Shown here: one piece after another, positions 17,490 to 38,881 of the stretch
Layout of the letters: every line of letters begins with the position of its first letter
Numbering within the stretch: position 1 is the first letter of the stretch
Source: the human T2T-CHM13v2.0 reference genome, Homo sapiens
DNA length: 64,000 nt
NCBI RefSeq assembly: GCF_009914755.1
Contig: NC_060933.1
Reading direction: 5' to 3' (one strand)
Notes under the pieces: model-generated
The model's database searches: none
What the model was told of the DNA's origin: nothing
Seen by the model: only the letters and a program-made list of their open reading frames with translations
Position numbers and translations under genes: made by a program

Positions 17490-18014
17490 TTATATCCATT
17501 TAAAATATCATCCAACAAAGGACAATGAAGTTTACATCTGGGACAGGTATACATAACTTGAGGCATTTGGAGTCCATCGTGCCCACTGAATAACAACTTT
17601 GCTGCTGAAATTTCTTAAAACTTACCAAACTAAAACAAAAGGCTGAATGATACAAAAGGAGGAGTATTTAGGTGTAATCTGTCAATTGGCTTTTAAAAAA
17701 AGGAAACACATCCTGTTTCCCAGACCAGTAAATAAGCAAGAGCTACATGCAGCAGTGTGAGTATTAAGACATTTCTCAAGTCTTCTCAAATGAGTCCAGG
17801 GTGGGGATGGGATGGGGGAAAATTGATAGAAAAACTTTGCTATAGACACCACAACAAACAATAAATTTAGATAATTTAAAATTTAAAAAAAAAAAGGCAA
17901 GAGGCAGCATTTCAGCAGCAAAGTGCTCAATAAAAAGTATATTGTAGAGGGTAATACAAGAAAATTGGGGTAAGAAGAGGGCAGAAAAATGGGTCAGCAG
18001 GATGGGCGAAGGCC

Positions 18015-18263
18015 TCAAAGGAAATATGGCGTTGTCGTTCTGGGAGGAATAACACGTTCTGAATCTGGAACTGCCCGGAATAACTTTGGTTCTCTTGTAT
18101 TTACATCTTTGAAGACCATGATCGAAGCAATATTTCCACAACGATAGCAGTAATTAGGAGCAGACCATACTGTCACCAGCTTCTCATCAAACATAAATTT
18201 ATAGCCTTCGTGCACTAGTTGATGTGCTCTGCAGATGAGTTTTAAGTTGTTGATATGAACAAA
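18015..18263 (-). CDS. PPP6C: PPP6C exon 7 (FVHINN...[12 protein letters not shown]...TTTPYFL*)
   Basis: Acceptor TTGCAG|, 249 nt to TGA; PPP-family RAHQ and SAPNYC motifs and PP2A-like C-terminal TPYFL. Confidence 0.98.
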   Translation of the reverse strand, partial: FVHINNLKLICRAHQLVHEGYKFMFDEKLVTVWSAPNYCYRCGNIASIMVFKDVNTREPKLFRAVPDSERVIPPRTTTPYFL

Positions 18264-18763
18264 CTGCAATTTAGAAAGGCACTGTAAGTACTTAGCACTT
18301 AAAAAACAATCGGCCTACATAATCATTTAAATAAAATACCAAATCCTATTACTACTAAAGGCATCAAGATTATAGAACGCACTCTATAATTATCTCCAAC
18401 AATTTAATAAGTTTAGGCAAACAGCAATTTTGGCCTGAGTCAAGTGCACAACTATGGAAACTGTACAGCTACATAAACAGTTAGAAATTTCTGGAAGAAA
18501 AAGCATTCAATAGGTACTATGAAACAAAATTTTGTGTTTTCTGATTTAATAATAAAGATATTGCTATCAGTATCTACCATTTACTGAAGGTTTAGTATAT
18601 GTAGATGTTGCAATAATTCTGAAAGAGATTATTCTTTTGCAACTTAAGGAAACAAAAGCTCAGACTAGATAAATAACTTATCTAAATTAAGATACACTGA
18701 TGCAGGATCAGAATCTAGTTTTTTGACTTCATTATGATGCTGGAGCACTTCCCAATATAAGGG

Positions 18764-18857
18764 GTGTGTGTGTGTGTGTGTGTGTGTTTTAATTGAAAAC
18801 AGTTGAAAGTTCAAAGTGTGTGTGTGTGTTTTAACTGAAAACAGTTGAAAGTTCAAA
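18764..18857. repeat. (GT)n plus 42-bp tandem duplication
   Basis: (GT)nTTTTAA(T/C)TGAAAACAGTTGAAAGTTCAAA twice (offset 18791 vs 18833). Confidence 0.9.
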
Positions 18858-18872
18858 GTACTGCCTATCTTG

Positions 18873-21302
<2,430 letters not shown>

Positions 21303-21874
21303 TTAACTACAGTACTTGAAAGGAAAGGGGCTGGCCGGGTGCGGTGGCTCACACCTATAATCCCAGCACTTTGGGAGGCTGAGGCGGGTGGATCACCTGA
21401 GGTCAGGAGTTCAAGACCAGCCTAGCCAACACGGTGAAATCCCATCTCTACTAAGAATACAAAAATTAGCCAGGCATGGTGGCGCACACCTGTGGTCCCA
21501 GCTACTCAGGAGGCTGAGGCAGGAGAATGGCTTGAACCTGGGAGGCAGAGGTTGTTGCAGTGAGCCAAGATCACGCCACTGCACTCCAGCCTAGGCGACA
21601 GAGCAAGACTCCATCTCAAAAACAAAAAAAAAAGGAAAGAACATTTACTTTATACATTATTACCAAATGGATGCTGGAGTAGGTGCTTTCACTGTGTCAT
21701 CTTATTTAACCATTAAAGAAAGACATACGTTAATAACTAAACTAGAAATTTAATATCCACAGCCACCATATTTTGAGTAAGCTAGACTACAAGTTTGTTA
21801 TCTAGGGCCACCATAGTTCTCTATGCAGCCCATTAGCAATCCACAAATTACATTTCCAAAAATGTTGGCTTTAC

Positions 21875-22084
21875 CTCATTTGTGACCTTTGCTCCAAAAA
21901 GCCAACCTGCTCCTCGGGGACTGATAGCCCAGGTATCCACATCTTCAGGATCTGACCAAACCAGATCACAAAATGCTCCTTTATGAGGAATTTCCTGATT
22001 CCGTTCGATGGTTCGAATTTGATCCAGTGTTTTGATATCAGGAGATAAACCACCATGGACACACAAAATCTGCTCATCTATTAA
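21875..22084 (-). CDS. PPP6C: PPP6C exon 6 ([15 protein letters not shown]...DLVWSDP...RGAG...VTNE)
   Basis: Acceptor TTTTTTGCTAG|, donor GAG|GTAAAG, 210 nt; HGG and WSDP motifs. Confidence 0.98.
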
Positions 22085-22247
22085 CTAGCAAAAAAGGATA
22101 ACAAAGAGTTGAACATATAACCTCAGGCATATCTAAACTCATCAGTGAATACTAAAGATATCAATATAATTGAGATGACAACTAGATAAAAATATGCAAT
22201 GTGTTATTGGCAGGAACGTACATGAGACTTTAAAAATAGAAACTTAC

Positions 22248-22327
22248 AGCTGCTACTGTGAGCATGTCAAAAACTTTGGTACAGTATCTCCAGGCATTAG
22301 CATTTCCATATTTGGTTTGGCACTCAT
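22248..22327 (-). CDS. PPP6C: PPP6C exon 5 ((D)[26 protein letters not shown])
   Basis: Acceptor TTTCACAG|, donor GCT|GTAAGT, 80 nt; phase fits exon 4 (phase 1) and exon 6 (phase 0). Not in ORF track. Confidence 0.97.
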
Positions 22328-22514
22328 CTGTGAAAGAAACAGAAGGGTTTTAATTAATGAATCTGCTAATAAAAATAAACAATATATCCAATACTAGAGC
22401 AGCCTTCAGTACAACAGAAATTCAGCTTAAACTAGGATAGCAAGATATGACACATATTTAGTCCTGCTAGGACCTCCACATAGAGCCAAAAGAACGCTAG
22501 TGACTAACTACATA

Positions 22515-22836
22515 CAGTTGTATGTCCCTTAACCATGGGGATACATTCTAAAAAATGCATTGTTAGGTGATTTCATCGTTGTGTGAACATCATCGGATGT
22601 CCTTACATAAACCTAGATGGTCTAGCCTACTACACACCTAGGCAATATGATATAGCCTATTGCTCATAGGCTATAAATTTGTGCAGCATGTAACTGTACT
22701 AAATATCATAAGGAAATAGTAACACAATGGTAAGTATTTGTGCAATAGGAATTTTTCAGCTCCGTTTTATCTATGGGACCACTGTCATATATACAGTCCA
22801 TCATCGACTGAAATGTCATTATGTGGCACATGACTG
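22515..22836 (-). mobile_element. Tigger3/Golem-type (MER7-like) TcMar non-autonomous DNA transposon
   Basis: Minus strand begins CAGTCATGTGCCACATAATGACATTTC..GGTCCCATA..GGAGCTGAAAAATTCCTAT; CAGT..ACTG termini flanked by TA. Confidence 0.8.
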
Positions 22837-23240
22837 TATTTCCTAAGGATGTAGTACTGCTCTTCATTCCTGGAATGGACCTAAGAAGCAGCTGAAATTA
22901 TTAGCCAAAATGCTATCATTAGAAGAGTTAAATACTAATTTCACACAACCTGAAGCAAATGTTTTAACAGTTATGTTAATATTAGGCAATTCTGGTAAGC
23001 AGATAAATTTATTTAAGGAGACAATTCTAGCAGGATAAACAGATCAAACAAATTAGAGGATCCTTAGTTATAGGAGCATGAGCAATTCCTAACTCTTCTC
23101 AGGGCTAAGTTGTCTCTTCTGAGATTTTCTGCAAATCGTGCGACTAAACACTTGAGCTTCAGTGGATCAAAACTGAGGACAGATTGCCAATCAGGTTCTT
23201 ACAAATTCTCAGTTGAACACTCTTTCTGCTGCCTACGTAG

Positions 23241-23474
<234 letters not shown>

Positions 23475-24026
23475 TGAGCTCAAGCAATCCTCCTACCTCA
23501 GCCTCCCACAGTGCTGAGAATACAGATGTGAGCCACTGTACCCTGACTGTCTACATAGTTAATAGGGTACACACTTCTTTTGTTAACACCATGGAAGCTC
23601 TGTACTTTGGCTTCTTCCATAATTTTAGAAAAAAAAAAACCTGACATATCACTATTGCCTTAAGTGAAGCTGAAAATGATATAGGAAAGAAGTCTGCAGG
23701 TTATGACCAATCCCCAAGATTTTCTCAATTATATATCTACGTGAAGCAAGATTGTTATGTAAACTTGCCATAAGAGAGCCCTAACAATGAGCTCAGGTTG
23801 CAGGCAGGGATCTTGAACTTGGCTCAATAGTAACTGCCCAGTATGTGTTTATCAGTGTGAACTGAAGTCCCAGTGTAAAGTCATATAGGGATATTTTATT
23901 CCTTGAAAATCAATATAAGTCCTATAATAACTAAAATTATCTTATTCAAAACATATGTCATATGGCTGGACGCAGTGCCTCATGCCTGTAATCCCAGCAC
24001 TTTGGGAGGCCGAGGCGGGCGGATCA

Positions 24027-24299
<273 letters not shown>

Positions 24300-24574
24300 T
24301 TATATATTATACATGTAGCATTAGTTACATATATATAGTAGGTGTGTGTGTTTTTATAACATTAGTTTTAGTACTGTTTTCACTGAGCTAATATCATAGT
24401 ATGTTATCCAAAATATTGATTATTTTGCAAAAGAATCCAAAAGTTGTATTTCAATTGGTGTTTATTTTGTGAATGAAAATAAAAAGTCACCTGTAGAAAG
24501 GAGATAAATATTACCTAACTTTACACGTATTAAAAAAATTATATAAAAACAATAAATTCTCAAAATTTCTCTAA

Positions 24575-24894
<320 letters not shown>

Positions 24895-25081
24895 TGAGCC
24901 ACCACACCTGGCCCAGCCTATCTTTATAATGAAAGAAGATAATTCAAAATATAAAATTTAAATCTAAAGGGTTCTGCAATTAATGTTTCCAAATCTCTCA
25001 ATATCTGTCTTAATTGTGCTCAAGGAAAATCCAAATTCATAATCTTGACAGTTCTATTTCCCTGAAGGGGCTTCCTAATAA

Positions 25082-25086
<5 letters not shown>

Positions 25087-25118
<32 letters not shown>
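25087..25118. repeat. (CT)n microsatellite
   Basis: Directly visible. Confidence 0.95.
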
Positions 25119-25121
<3 letters not shown>

Positions 25122-25323
25122 AACCAAATAAAAGTTTTAAAGAATTAGCTAGTTTGCTTTTTTTCCTTTCTTGAGACAGAGTCTGGCTCAGTTGCCCAGG
25201 CTGGAGTGGAATGGAGCGATCTTGGCTCACTGCAACCTCCACCTCCTGGGTTCAATCAATTCTCCCTGCCTCAGTCTCCTGAGTAGCTGGGATTACAGGC
25301 CCCCACCACCATGCCCGGCTAAA

Positions 25324-25483
25324 TTTTTTTTATTATTAAACTTTAAGTTCTAGGGTACATGTGCACAACGTGTCGGTCTTTTACATATGTATACATGTGT
25401 CATGTTGGTGTGCTGCACCCATTAACTCGTCATTTACATTAGGTATGTCTCCTAACGCTATCCCTCCCCCCTCCCCCTACCAG
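25324..25483 (-). mobile_element. 5'-truncated young L1PA 3' end inserted in the A-rich linker of an Alu (host Alu ~25159-25622)
   Basis: TTTAAGTTCTAGGGTACATGTGCACAACGTG..CTGCACCCATTAACTCGTCATTTACATTAGGTAT..CCCTCCCCC; TSD TGCCCGGCTAA(A)TTTTT at 25312 and 25484. Confidence 0.9.
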
Positions 25484-25512
25484 TGCCCGGCTAATTTTTG
25501 TATTTTTAGTAG

Positions 25513-25653
<141 letters not shown>

Positions 25654-26583
25654 TGATCCCTGAGGTCCTAGCATTCTCTGGAGTGAGCATACAGAGATAT
25701 ATGTAAAAGGATGTATAACAGCAGCTTAAAAACAACTCTAAAGTCCAACGATAGAGGAAAAACTGATACATCAATTATGCTACATCCATATGGTATATGA
25801 AGCAGCCATGAAAATAACATTAATAAAGTGAAAAAATCAGGTATGTCCCCATTTTAGTGTGCACGTGTTTGTACATATATAAACACACATAAACACACAC
25901 ACACACATACAAAATGGATGAGAATGGACTCTCAAATTTGTGCAGAACATTCACCTTCAGCAGATTCTAGATTCCCACTCCAAAATATTTTGATTAATAA
26001 ATCTGTGGTGAGGCCCAGCATTCTCCTTTTTTTTTTGGTTTTTTTTTTTTTTGAGACGGAGTCTCCCTATGTCGCCAGGCTGGAGTGCTGTGGCATGATC
26101 TCGGCTCACCACAAACTCTGACTCCTTGGTTCAAGCAATTCTCCTGCCTCAGCCTCCCGAGTAACTGGGATTACATGCACACACCACCACGCTCAGCTCA
26201 TTTTTGTATTTTTAGAAGAGAAGGGGTTTCACCATATTGGTCAGGATGGTCTCGATCTCCTGATCTTGTGATCCGCCTGCCTCAGCCTCCCAAAGTGCTG
26301 AGATTACAGGTGTGAGCCACCCCACCCGGCCGGCAATCTACATTTTTAATGAGAACCCAGGTGATTCCAGCTACACTTTGAGGCACAGATCTAGAAAGAT
26401 GCACACCAAAAAGTTAACAGTGGTCTTCTCTCGAGCATAAGATTTTCAATTGTTTGGGAGGAGTGAAGGAGTGAGGATGTGGGGAAAATAATATACATAA
26501 AGCATGTGTATGACTTGTGTAGCTTTGTTTTCCAAAGAGGAAAGTAAAATAATATTCAGAATCAGAGAAATAGGAATTCTTAC

Positions 26584-26725
26584 CATAAAATCCATAGACC
26601 TGTGTTATCTGTCTACTCTCATGATTTCCTCGCAAAAGTGTAATACGATCAGGCCATTTAGCCTTTAATGCAAGAAGGTAAGTGAAGGTCTCCAAACTAT
26701 AGTAACCTCTGTCTACAAAATCACC
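26584..26725 (-). CDS. PPP6C: PPP6C exon 4 ([12 protein letters not shown]...[18 protein letters not shown])
   Basis: Acceptor TTCACAG|, donor ATG|GTAAGA, 142 nt; GDxVDRG and GNHE catalytic motifs. Confidence 0.98.
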
Positions 26726-26983
26726 CTGTGAAGTAAAAGTTTACAGTTACAAACAATACAATAGCCACAATATTCTTTTCAAATTATATCAAACTGTACA
26801 AACATATAGTTTATAACTACAATAAAGAGTTACATACTGAATTATTTGGAAATTTGATTTTAACAAAAAAATAAAATACACGTAAACAAATTTTTTCTAT
26901 TAAATGTTTATACAAACAAGATTTTTGATTCCAGGGAAATCTACAAGAATCTGCTGTGCCATTCTCTCAAAAACTTTCCCTGA

Positions 26984-27235
<252 letters not shown>

Positions 27236-27364
27236 TGACCTTGTGATCCACCCACGTTGGCCTCCCAAAGTGCTGGGATTATAGATGTGAGCCACCACAC
27301 CTGGCAAAACCACCATTTTTTCAATCCTCTATTACCTACATTAGTTGATTTGGTCATCTGCTAA

Positions 27365-27505
<141 letters not shown>

Positions 27506-27548
27506 TGAGTAGCTGGGATTACAGGCATGCACCACCAAGCCCGGCTAA

Positions 27549-27731
<183 letters not shown>

Positions 27732-28714
27732 TAGAGATGGGGTCTCACTATGTTGCCCAGGTTGGTCTAGAACTCCTGAGCTTAAACAATCATCCCACCT
27801 CAGCCTCCCAAGTAGCTGGGACTACAGGCATGTACCACCATGCCCAGGTAAAATAATTTTTTATTTTAAGAATCATTTTAACTGTATTGGAAGAGTTGCC
27901 TACTTGAAGAAAAAAATTTTTTGTAAAAGCAAATACCATAATTATAACAGCGTTCTAGGCTCAGTTTTGCATTTAACAACCATATATGATAATATACTAT
28001 TTACACTTCCCATTAATGTCTGACTTGGGCCAATATTACACCAATAGGAAAACAGCTGAAAGAATAGGAAAGTGGCCGGCGTGGTGGCTCACCCCTGTAA
28101 TCCCAGCACTTTGGGAGGCCAAGGCAGGGGCCGAGGTGGGCGGATCACGAGTTCAAGAGATCCAGACCATCCTGGCCAACATAGTGAAATCCTGTCTCTA
28201 CTAAAAATACAAAAATTAGCTGGGCGTGGTGGCGCACGCCTGTAATACCAGCTACTCGGGAGGCTGAGGCAAGAGAATCACTTGAACCCAAGAGGCAGAG
28301 GTTGCAGTAAGCCAATCGCACCACTGCACTCCAGCCTGGCAACAGAGAGAGACTCCGTCTCAAAAAAAAAAAATAAGAAAGTGACCCAGAAACTTTCAGA
28401 AGGAAAGAAAATGAGAGAAGGATCCAGAAAAAGTTCAACAGTAACATTACATTCCAAAAGAAAAGCAAACATCTATAGCAAATGTGTATGTGTGTATATT
28501 AATCCATCCATAGATTAACGAGAGATAAAAATGAATGCTCGAAAAGTCTGAATAAATAATAGTCAATTGAAGATTTTTGCCTTAAACCAGGGGTTCTGGG
28601 TTATTTTTTATGCCCAACCATTACTGACAGCTACAACCCAACCCTATCTACAGTGGCTTACTAAGGCAATTAATTAGAGGACATAGTTAAATGTAGAAAA
28701 GTATACAATCACCT

Positions 28715-29061
28715 TGATATGGTTTGGCTGTGTCCCCACCCAAATCTCATCTTGAATTCCCACATGTTGTGGGAGGGACTCGATGGAAAGTAATTGAATC
28801 ATGGGGGCAAGTCTTTCCTGTGCTGTTCTCATGACAATAAGTCTCATGAGATCTGATGGTTTTAAAAACAAGAGATCCCTGCACAGTCTCTCTCTCTTTG
28901 CCTGCCGCCATCCACATAAGATGTGACTTGGTCCTCCTTGCCTTCTGCATGATTGTGAGGCCTCTCCAGCCATGTGAAACTGTTAAGTCCATTAAACCTC
29001 TTTTGTAAATTGCCCAGTCTCAGGTATGTCTTTATCAGCGGCGTGAAAACGGACTAATACA
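28715..29061 (+). mobile_element. THE1 (MaLR) solo LTR
   Basis: TGATATGGTTTGGCTGTGTCCCCACCCAAATCTCATCTTGAATT start, GAAAACGGACTAATACA end, TG..CA termini, 5-bp TSD CACCT/CATCT. Confidence 0.92.
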
Positions 29062-29183
29062 CATCTTTTAATATACTGAAATAGGGACTGTCACATGGTA
29101 AAGAATTATTATGCAATTTACATTTAATAAGTCAGATCCTTTCCATTTTAAACAAGCACTTGATATCACTGGTGTTTACATAC

Positions 29184-29249
29184 CATAAATATGTAGTTTG
29201 TGTCAGGAACCTGACCTCCAGTTCTGAACAGTTCACAAAGGTCATAAAA
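29184..29249 (-). CDS. PPP6C: PPP6C exon 3 (FYDLCELFRTGGQVPDTNYIFM)
   Basis: Acceptor TTCTTTTATAG|, donor ATG|GTATGT, 66 nt, phase 0/0. Confidence 0.97.
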
Positions 29250-30599
29250 CTATAAAAGAAATGCAATACATGCTGATTACAAATTCCTGTTAAGAAGCAA
29301 AGCAACAAAACTGAGAGTGAAATGTGTAAAGAAGCAGCTAAGAGGACTCCAAATATTTACATTTTTAAGAAATAAAGTGTAAGCCAAACTGCCAAGCACA
29401 CAGTTCTCAAGACTAAAAAAAGCACTAAATAAAGCTCAGTTACCATAAAGTCACTCCTAGATTATTATCATAGGATTCCCTTTCTCATTTTCTTTCATAC
29501 ATCTCCCCATCTATCTCTTGAGAATTCTGACATCCTTTATCAATTGTCTAATTTCTCAGTAAGCTAATCTAACAGCCCACCCAAATTCTGTATCTATTTT
29601 AATGAGACAAAAGATTACAGAAACAAGTGGATACCTCTTTTTCTTCCAAACTGAACTTACATGACACTCCAGTGTTATACAGAGATCTTCCCACATTCTA
29701 CAGTTAGAGTTATATACCCTCAGGCTCCACAGCCATGGAGTGTCTCCTCAATGATCAGTTAAAAAAAAATTATATATTTCATCATATTTTTTGTTTTTTG
29801 TTTTAAGACAGGGTTTGGCTCTGTTACCCAGGCCGGAATGCAGTGGTGCAATCATAACTCACTGCAGCCACAAATTCCTGGGCTCAAGTGACCCTCCTAC
29901 CTTGCCCTCCTCAGTAGCTAGGACCACAGTTACACACCACCATGCCCAGCAAATTTTTATAGAGACAGGGTCTCGCTTTTTTGCCCAAGCTGGTCTCAAA
30001 CTACTGGCTTCAGGCAATCCTCCCACCTCAGTCTCCCAAAGTGCTGGGATTACAAGTGTGATCCATGACACCCAAGGATATTTCATCATATTTCTATTTA
30101 CTGAAATTTGGTAACTGGCAAATTGTGCATTTGTCAAATTTCAGTCCACTAGATTATTACCCTAGCCCTAATTTCCAAAGAAAGCATTACAGTTTTTCTG
30201 GAAGAAAAACGATTTTGGATTAAGGGAATTGACTACAATACATTGGACCAATTACAACTAACAACTTCTAACACATTCATCTTTTACACTTGAAATAAAA
30301 TTATCATTTAAACTTTTAACACTTAATAGGAATGTTAGTCAAAGTGAAGAAAACTGAAAGTGAGATGTTAACTACTGAAAGAAATAAAGTAACACCTTTT
30401 ATAACAATGTTCCATAAGTCTAAAAAGTCAGACAAAAAAAAAAAAACAACTTTAGGAAGCTTAATATAAAATGTATCTGAAAATTAGCTAACAGGCCAAG
30501 CTGCTCACACCTGTAATCCTGGAACTTTGGGAGCTCACGCCTGTAATCCCAGCACTTTGGGAGTCCCAGGCAGGCAGATCACTTGAGGTCAGGAGTTCA

Positions 30600-30902
<303 letters not shown>

Positions 30903-30979
30903 TCAGGAGATCAAGACCAGACTGGCCAACATGGTGAAACCCTGTCTCTACTAAAAATACAAAAATTAGCTGGGCATCA

Positions 30980-31456
<477 letters not shown>

Positions 31457-31795
31457 TCAAAAGAAACAGCCTTCATGACTAACATAAGTGAATATCTTAA
31501 ATTAAGATCTAGCAACTCAAGGACCTTATGAGGCCATGAATAAAAATTATGACGAAAACCATGTAGCAAAATGCAAAAATCATTAGGGAAAAGAATGGAA
31601 TACAAAACTATACCTATAACTACACAATTCTATTATGTAAAAAATTGAGTAGTTATATACACAAAGTCAGGAAGTGAACATTAAAAAGTTTTGTAAGTCA
31701 GTTTTTTAATAAAAATATGGTAGAAGAGTGAGTATCCTTAAACTTTTCTATTGATGTTTACAGATATGTTTTTTTGTTTTGTTTTGTTTTTTTGA

Positions 31796-32008
<213 letters not shown>

Positions 32009-32129
32009 TGATCCGCCCGCCTCGGCCTCTCAAAGTGCTGGGATTACAGGCGTGAGCCACTACGCCTGGCCAGATATCTGTTCTTAAACAAAAGCTTTTA
32101 AAGTTTGTATTTACCAGACACACAGGTAG

Positions 32130-32344
<215 letters not shown>

Positions 32345-32525
32345 TGATTTTTGTATTTTTATTAAAGACGGGGTTTCACCATGTTGGCCAGGCAGATCCT
32401 GAACTCCTGACCTCAGGTGATCCACCCGCTTCGGTTTCCCAAATGCTAGGATTACAGGCATGAGCCACAGCACACGGCCCTATTTTCATCCTACATTACT
32501 AGACACCTACCTCATCGTCAAATAA

Positions 32526-32789
<264 letters not shown>

Positions 32790-32965
32790 TAAACCCCTCA
32801 CCTCAGGTAATCTGCCCGCCTCAGCCTCCCAAAGTGCTAGGATTACAGGCGTGAGCCACTGCACCCAGCTACTCTGTTTTTCATATTTCAGATACTCTGC
32901 TCCCATTTTAAACCAAAAACAATCTTAAGAAGTAGATTTTTTTCTTTAATTATCATTATTTTTGA

Positions 32966-33316
<351 letters not shown>

Positions 33317-33430
33317 TGATCCGCCCGCCTCGGCCTCCCACAGTGCTGGGATTACAGGCGTGAGCCACCGCGCCCGGCTAGGAAGTGGAATTTTTTTTTT
33401 TATCAGAGGCAAGGAAACATCCAGTCTGCC

Positions 33431-36505
<3,075 letters not shown>

Positions 36506-36816
36506 ATTTGTGAGCTAGCTGAAATGGCTTCTTAAACAACTAATATATAGCCAAGCCAGGATTTAAACCAAGTTGTATCTGACACTGAAATCTATAACTC
36601 CTCACTATATTACACAGCTTCAATACTTCTCAGCACAACATGCTTGCTAACATGTTTATTCATACTCATAACCCAATCCTGCAATTCCAGAACAGGCCCC
36701 AGAGGAAGATAAGTCCCAAAGGATACATTTTACATTGTATTTAATCAGTCAATAGCTATTTAGAGGCTCAAATCCCATGTTTCTGATTAGCAATCTTCTG
36801 TTTTTCATTTTTTTGA

Positions 36817-36921
<105 letters not shown>

Positions 36922-37079
36922 TAAGGAGCTGGGATTACAGGCGCCTGTCACCACACCTGGCTAATTTTTGTATTTTTAGTAGAGACGGGGTTTCACCATA
37001 TTTGCCAGGATGGTCTCGATCTCTTGCCCTCGTGATCCACCCACCTCAGCCTCCCAAAGTGCTGGGATTACAGGCATGA

Positions 37080-37307
<228 letters not shown>

Positions 37308-37817
37308 TAGGCTGGTCTTGAACTCCTGACCTTCTGATCTGCCTGCCTCAGCCTCCCAAAGTGCTGGGATTACAGGCGTGAGCCACTGCACCTGGAACAA
37401 TTGTTTTTTAAGGAACACATACAACATAAACAATTGTTCACGGTTTGGTGGTGGTCTTAAAATAACATGTACAAAAGAAACCCAAATTAGTTTCAAATCT
37501 CAATCTGCCCTGTAGTAGCTGTGTGTGAGTTTGGGCTATTTCTCTTCAATCTTTCAGTCTCCCTTTCATTGTCTACAAAATAATCCTATCTCACAGGACT
37601 TTGGGAAAAAACTGACACAGAATATGTGAAAAAGTACTTTGTTAACCTCAAAACACAAGATATATGTTAGCAAGAACTGCACATTTGACTGAAGGTATAT
37701 ATAATACAAAAGTTCAATTTTATGCTTCCAATTTTAGTAGTTCGAGGTTGGTCTCTAACTTTCTGACCTTTGATCATGGCTGTACTTCACATCTTAAAAA
37801 GTCTACAACTGGGGGAA

Positions 37818-38082
37818 ACACTACACTGGGGGAAAACATGACTTGGTTTATTCCAGTTTTCAGGAATGTGTTAAGACACTGCTTATATTAATATCCTTTA
37901 TGTTAGCAAAATACAAATGTTTACTTTGAGAGAGAAGTTACATAGAAACTTCTACACTACACTGGGGGAAAACATGACTTGGTTTATTCCAGTTTTCAGG
38001 AATGTCTTAAGACACTGCTTATATTAATATCCTTTATGTTAGCAAAATACAAATGTTTGAGAGAGAAGTTACATGGAAATTT
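37818..38082. repeat. Tandem duplication, period 136 bp, 2 copies
   Basis: ACACTACACTGGGGGAAAACATGACTTGG... starts at 37818 and 37954; near identical, second copy lacks 6 nt (TACTTT). Confidence 0.95.
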
Positions 38083-38522
38083 TAGGAAATCAATTCCTAA
38101 AGTCTACTCTAAAGAACTGTAATTTTAACAATCAAAGATGACATAATGGGACCTCCATCTAGGAGGTGATGACATGCAAGTGTCAGATTTTTTTATAATC
38201 TAAAAAATCCAGAAAACACCTTGAAAAACCAAAAGAAAATCAGCCTGTAAGTAAGTAGCCAAAACAAGACTTTACTCATGGAGCAGCCCCTAATCAGAGT
38301 CAATTTACACACATTTCTGCTCATTTACACAGTCATATTTAAAGCAGGGAAATTGCACAGGTGACAGTAAGTCCTGTTGGCATCCTTTAAAGACTACATT
38401 GTTTGCAATGTATTATTAAGTCTTATGGCCCCAACTACACTGTATGCATATAGCACTCTATGAGTAATCTGTTCAGCTTTCATTTCCCAGTGAAAAAATT
38501 CTACAAATATACATGAGACTAA

Positions 38523-38881
<359 letters not shown>

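Larger units (their letters stand above)
14910..18014 (-). other. PPP6C: PPP6C long 3'UTR (distal end approximate)
   Basis: Alu-free, AT-rich ~3.1 kb following the TGA at 18015-18017, with several minus-strand poly(A) hexamers; distal end inferred from ATTAAA at 14932-14937 followed by T/G-rich sequence. Confidence 0.7.

Noticed and set aside
17776-18141. 121-aa alternate-frame ORF overlapping PPP6C exon 7 and 3'UTR
   Set aside because: Non-ATG start, low-complexity F/L-rich UTR translation, no recognisable homology.
37818-38082. Possible tandem intronic snoRNAs or CRISPR-like array
   Set aside because: No convincing C/D or H/ACA architecture by eye; only two long copies without spacers, in a eukaryotic context.
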